From NCBI GenBank assembly GCA_049968255.1, contig JBMFRB010000003.1, positions 64,001 to 128,000 on the forward strand: 64,000 nt of DNA. Reading direction: 5' to 3'. Shown piece by piece: positions 60,827-64,000 of the stretch (positions within the stretch are counted from its first letter, which is position 1; every line of letters starts with the position of its first letter). The translations under genes and the position numbers were made by a program. Origin of the DNA: Candidatus Sumerlaeaceae bacterium (GTDB lineage: Bacteria; Sumerlaeota; Sumerlaeia; Sumerlaeales; Sumerlaeaceae). The notes beneath the pieces were generated by a model that saw nothing but the letters and a program-made list of their open reading frames with translations, did no database searches and was not told the origin of the DNA.

Positions 60827-61924
60827 TCAGAGATATTGAGTCATGCCATGCTGGCGCAGATAGGCCACAACATCTTTGACGTGCTGCGTCTCGTTGGCGG
60901 GCAACACGAGGATGGCATCGGGCGTGTGCACGACAATCATATCCTTCAGGCCTAGCCCCACCACAATGGGGCCCTCACCACACTCCGCACCGGCTGTCGA
61001 ATAGACGATCGAATTTTCTGATTTTAGCGCAATGGCATTTCCAAACAGGACATTGCCGTTTGCATCTCGCGGGAGCAATCGTGCAAGCGATCCCCACGTT
61101 CCGATGTCGTCCCAATCGAAATTTGCTTTCACAACGGCAACGTTGTCAGCCTTTTCCATTACACCCACGTCAATCGAGATTTTTTCCAGGGGCTCGAAAA
61201 CAGCGGCGAGCTCCTCGGCGCTTCCGGTCTTTAGCGCATCGGCCATGGGGGCTAGCTGTTCAAACATCCGAGGCAGATATTTTCTGAACGCTTGCACAAG
61301 CACCGAGGTGCGCCAGACGAACATTCCTGAGTTCCAGAGATGGCGCCCAGATTGCATAAACTGGCGGGCTGTTTCAGTGTCTGGTTTTTCCCGGAAGCGC
61401 GCCACGCGGTAGAGGTTCGTAAACCCTTCGATAGGCTCGCCCAACTCGATGTAGCCGTAGCCAGTTTCTGGTCGGTCGGGCGCGATGCCGAACGTCACCA
61501 GCGCGTCCTGGCGCTCCGCGTACACGATGGCTTGCGAGCAATCCTGAGCATAGGCCTGGGTGTCGCGAATGAAATGGTCTGCCGTCAGCACAACCATCAC
61601 TGTATCTGCCTCCTCGGCAAAGCGCGCTTTTACCGCTGCACACGCAAGGGCCAGGCAGGCGGCCGTGTTTTTGCCCTCTGGTTCGCCAATCACGTTGTTG
61701 GGCGGCAGCTCGCGGGCCGCTTCCTCGATGGCCGGCTTGAGGTGGCGACCAGTGATAATAAAGGTGTGCTCGGGTGCGACGAGAGGCCGGATCCGCTCGA
61801 GTGCCGCTCGCAGCATACTTCGATTGCCGGCAATTTTCAGAAGCTGCTTGGGGTAGCGCTGCCGGCTCAGCGGCCAGAAGCGTTCACCTGCTCCGCCTGC
61901 CATGATCACAGCCACACGTTTCAT
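60827..61924 (-). CDS. manC: Mannose-1-phosphate guanylyltransferase
   Basis: IMAGGAGERFWPLSR..PKQ, EPEGKNTA, ADH, PETGYGYI, FREKP, WNSGMF, WDDIGTW. Confidence 0.95.
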   Translation of the reverse strand: MKRVAVIMAGGAGERFWPLSRQRYPKQLLKIAGNRSMLRAALERIRPLVAPEHTFIITGRHLKPAIEEAARELPPNNVIGEPEGKNTAACLALACAAVKARFAEEADTVMVVLTADHFIRDTQAYAQDCSQAIVYAERQDALVTFGIAPDRPETGYGYIELGEPIEGFTNLYRVARFREKPDTETARQFMQSGRHLWNSGMFVWRTSVLVQAFRKYLPRMFEQLAPMADALKTGSAEELAAVFEPLEKISIDVGVMEKADNVAVVKANFDWDDIGTWGSLARLLPRDANGNVLFGNAIALKSENSIVYSTAGAECGEGPIVVGLGLKDMIVVHTPDAILVLPANETQHVKDVVAYLRQHGMTQYL

Positions 61925-62243
61925 CCTTCACGTTCCTCCCTTGTTGAGTTATTGAAGCGTTTGATCCACTCGGGCCTTGTCAAACCGTTGCGAAAATCGC
62001 GAACACACATCGGCCAGGCACAGCCAGCGCCTGGCCACACAGCAAACATGACACTAAAACGGCTTGCGCCAGAGCAACTAGCAAGAGACATTCCTAAGGG
62101 TAGGGTGAGAAAGCTGCCCCCGTGCGCATGCACTTCGCAGCCTGCTGGGATGCTCCGAACACTTTGCCATGCGACCACTTGCGCATTGCAAACGTTGGCC
62201 TGAGGCGAAAGCTTGTGGACCAGCAAAGCAAGGAGCCGAGATC

Positions 62244-62711
62244 ATGATGCCTTTTGGAGCCCTTATTCTTTTTGTAGTCGTCACTTATGGCGCAGCCGCC
62301 ATTGGTGGCTTTTTTGGTCCGGGCGCATGGTATGCCAGTTTGCCAAAGCCCACATGGACGCCACCCCCGTGGGTTTTTGGTCCGGTCTGGTCTCTTCTCT
62401 ACACTTTAATGGCAATTGCTGCATGGCTTGTGTGGAAACAAACGGGCTGGAGACATCCGGCACTTGCACTCTACGCGGCGCAGCTCGTGCTCAATACGCT
62501 GTGGTCACCCCTGTTTTTCGGGCTTCACCGGCCCGATCTTGCGTTCGTTGATCTCGTGCTTCTTTTGTGTGCCATCATCGCCACATGTGTCGTGTTTTGG
62601 CGCGTGAGCGTGGGGGCAGGTGTGCTGTTGTTGCCCTACATTGCGTGGGTCAGCTTTGCTGGTGTGTTGAATTTCACCATCATGCAGATGTGGCTCGCAC
62701 AGCAGAGGTAA
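62244..62711 (+). CDS. tspO: TspO/MBR family protein
   Basis: WYASLPKPTWTPPPWVFGPVW, QLVLNTLWSPLFF, LLPYIAWVSFA. Confidence 0.95.
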   Translation: MMPFGALILFVVVTYGAAAIGGFFGPGAWYASLPKPTWTPPPWVFGPVWSLLYTLMAIAAWLVWKQTGWRHPALALYAAQLVLNTLWSPLFFGLHRPDLAFVDLVLLLCAIIATCVVFWRVSVGAGVLLLPYIAWVSFAGVLNFTIMQMWLAQQR

Positions 62712-62744
62712 ACTCGGGGGCGATTAGGCTGCGACCGGCCGTGC

Positions 62745-63902
62745 CTAGTCTCCGAACATGCCCTTTTTCAAATCCGAAAAATTCTCTTTCAGCTGAGAGA
62801 AAAAACCTTTTTGCGGATTGATCTTTTCGTTGCGCAGCTCAGCGAGCTCTTTGAACAGCTCACGTTCGCGCTCGCTAAGGTTCGTAGGCGTGCGCACGAT
62901 AAGCCTCACGAAAAGATCGCCGCGGACATTGGGGTCGGACGAACGTGGCATCCCCTTGCCCCGGATTCGAATAATGTGATGGGTCTGCGTTCCAGCTGGG
63001 ATGCGAATTTTTTCTTCCTCTCCATCGAGCGTGGGGATCACAATGTCATCGCCAAGCGCTGCCTGCGAAAACGAGATCGGAACCTCGCACACAAGATCAT
63101 CGCCCTCGCGGTGAAAAAATGGATGCTCGCGCACATGAACTTCCACGTAGAGGTCGCCACGTGGCCCACGATGCGGACCAACCTCTCCCTGGCCCGGAAT
63201 GCGCACAAGCGAACCGTTGTCCACACCCGCTGGAATGCGCACCTTGATCGTGGTCCGCTCATTCACCCGTCCGCGGCCGGCGCACGTCGGGCACGGGCTG
63301 TCGATCACGCTGCCTTCTCCTCCACAACGACTACACGTCGTCTGCAGACTAAAAAAACCCCGTTGATACATCAGCACTCCGTGCCCATGACAATCCGGAC
63401 ACACACGCGGCTTGCTTCCTGCCTTTGCGCCGGTGCCATTGCAATCCTCGCACGTCTCCAGCCGCGTGAGCGACAGTTCGACCTCTTTGCCGCGGGCGGC
63501 ATCCTCCAAGTCAATACTCACAGCAACTTTGAGATCGCGTCCCCGCTCGGCTTGCGCTCGGCTTCGTCGGCGCGACGAAGTCTGCGTCCCGAAGAACGAA
63601 TCAAAAATGCTTGAGAAAAGATCGGCAAATTCGTCGGCGTGCGAGAAATCGCTATAGGTGAAACCGCCGCTGCTAAACTTCACCCCTTCATGGCCATAAC
63701 GGTCGTAGCGCGCGCGCTTCTCAGGGTCGCTGAGGACCTCGTACGCTTCGCACGCCTCCTTAAACTTTTCCTCGGCTTCCTTATTGCCTGGATTCTTGTC
63801 CGGGTGAAATTGCTTGGCGACCCGCCGATACGCCTTCTTGATTTCCTCCGCCGAGGCGTCGCGGGAAACACCGAGAATTTCATAATAGTCGCGTTTGGCC
63901 AT
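62745..63902 (-). CDS. dnaJ: Chaperone DnaJ
   Basis: DYYEILG, HPD, G/F region, four CxxCxGxG repeats. Confidence 0.98.
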   Translation of the reverse strand: MAKRDYYEILGVSRDASAEEIKKAYRRVAKQFHPDKNPGNKEAEEKFKEACEAYEVLSDPEKRARYDRYGHEGVKFSSGGFTYSDFSHADEFADLFSSIFDSFFGTQTSSRRRSRAQAERGRDLKVAVSIDLEDAARGKEVELSLTRLETCEDCNGTGAKAGSKPRVCPDCHGHGVLMYQRGFFSLQTTCSRCGGEGSVIDSPCPTCAGRGRVNERTTIKVRIPAGVDNGSLVRIPGQGEVGPHRGPRGDLYVEVHVREHPFFHREGDDLVCEVPISFSQAALGDDIVIPTLDGEEEKIRIPAGTQTHHIIRIRGKGMPRSSDPNVRGDLFVRLIVRTPTNLSERERELFKELAELRNEKINPQKGFFSQLKENFSDLKKGMFGD

Positions 63903-64000
63903 CGTGTTCGCTTGCACTCACGTAGGGCAAAACCTTTCGGGCAAGAAGTAGCAAGGCCAGCAGGCTTTATTCAGCGCCCGAGCCCCCCCACAGCGGAGCA

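Overview
Bacterial chromosomal window, mostly GC-rich, with about 45 genes, one tRNA and no recognisable integrase, transposase, phage gene or CRISPR array. Housekeeping genes (phosphohexomutase, FKBP, ruvB, tsaB, fabG, moeB, prmC, uvrB, mutS2, manC, dnaJ, tRNA-Ile2) are mixed with envelope and accessory modules. These include a secreted zinc peptidase ending in a possible C-terminal sorting motif (VEEWSLY) with a coupled small partner; a membrane Ser/Thr kinase whose outer domain looks like a GspG pseudopilin head; three GT-C-like membrane glycosyltransferases; a Tat-signal DUF362/polyferredoxin/aldo-keto reductase redox cluster; and a four-gene two-component/diguanylate cyclase cluster. An AT-richer Cu/Ag RND efflux operon (cusCBA-like) carries three lesions: an in-frame TGA exactly at the lipobox Cys, and two +1 frameshifts at homopolymer runs. 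Family assignments come from motif recognition only, with no searches run. Start codons were adjusted by eye where noted. The peptidase tail suggests a Sumerlaeota (BRC1)-like organism, but this is unverified recollection.
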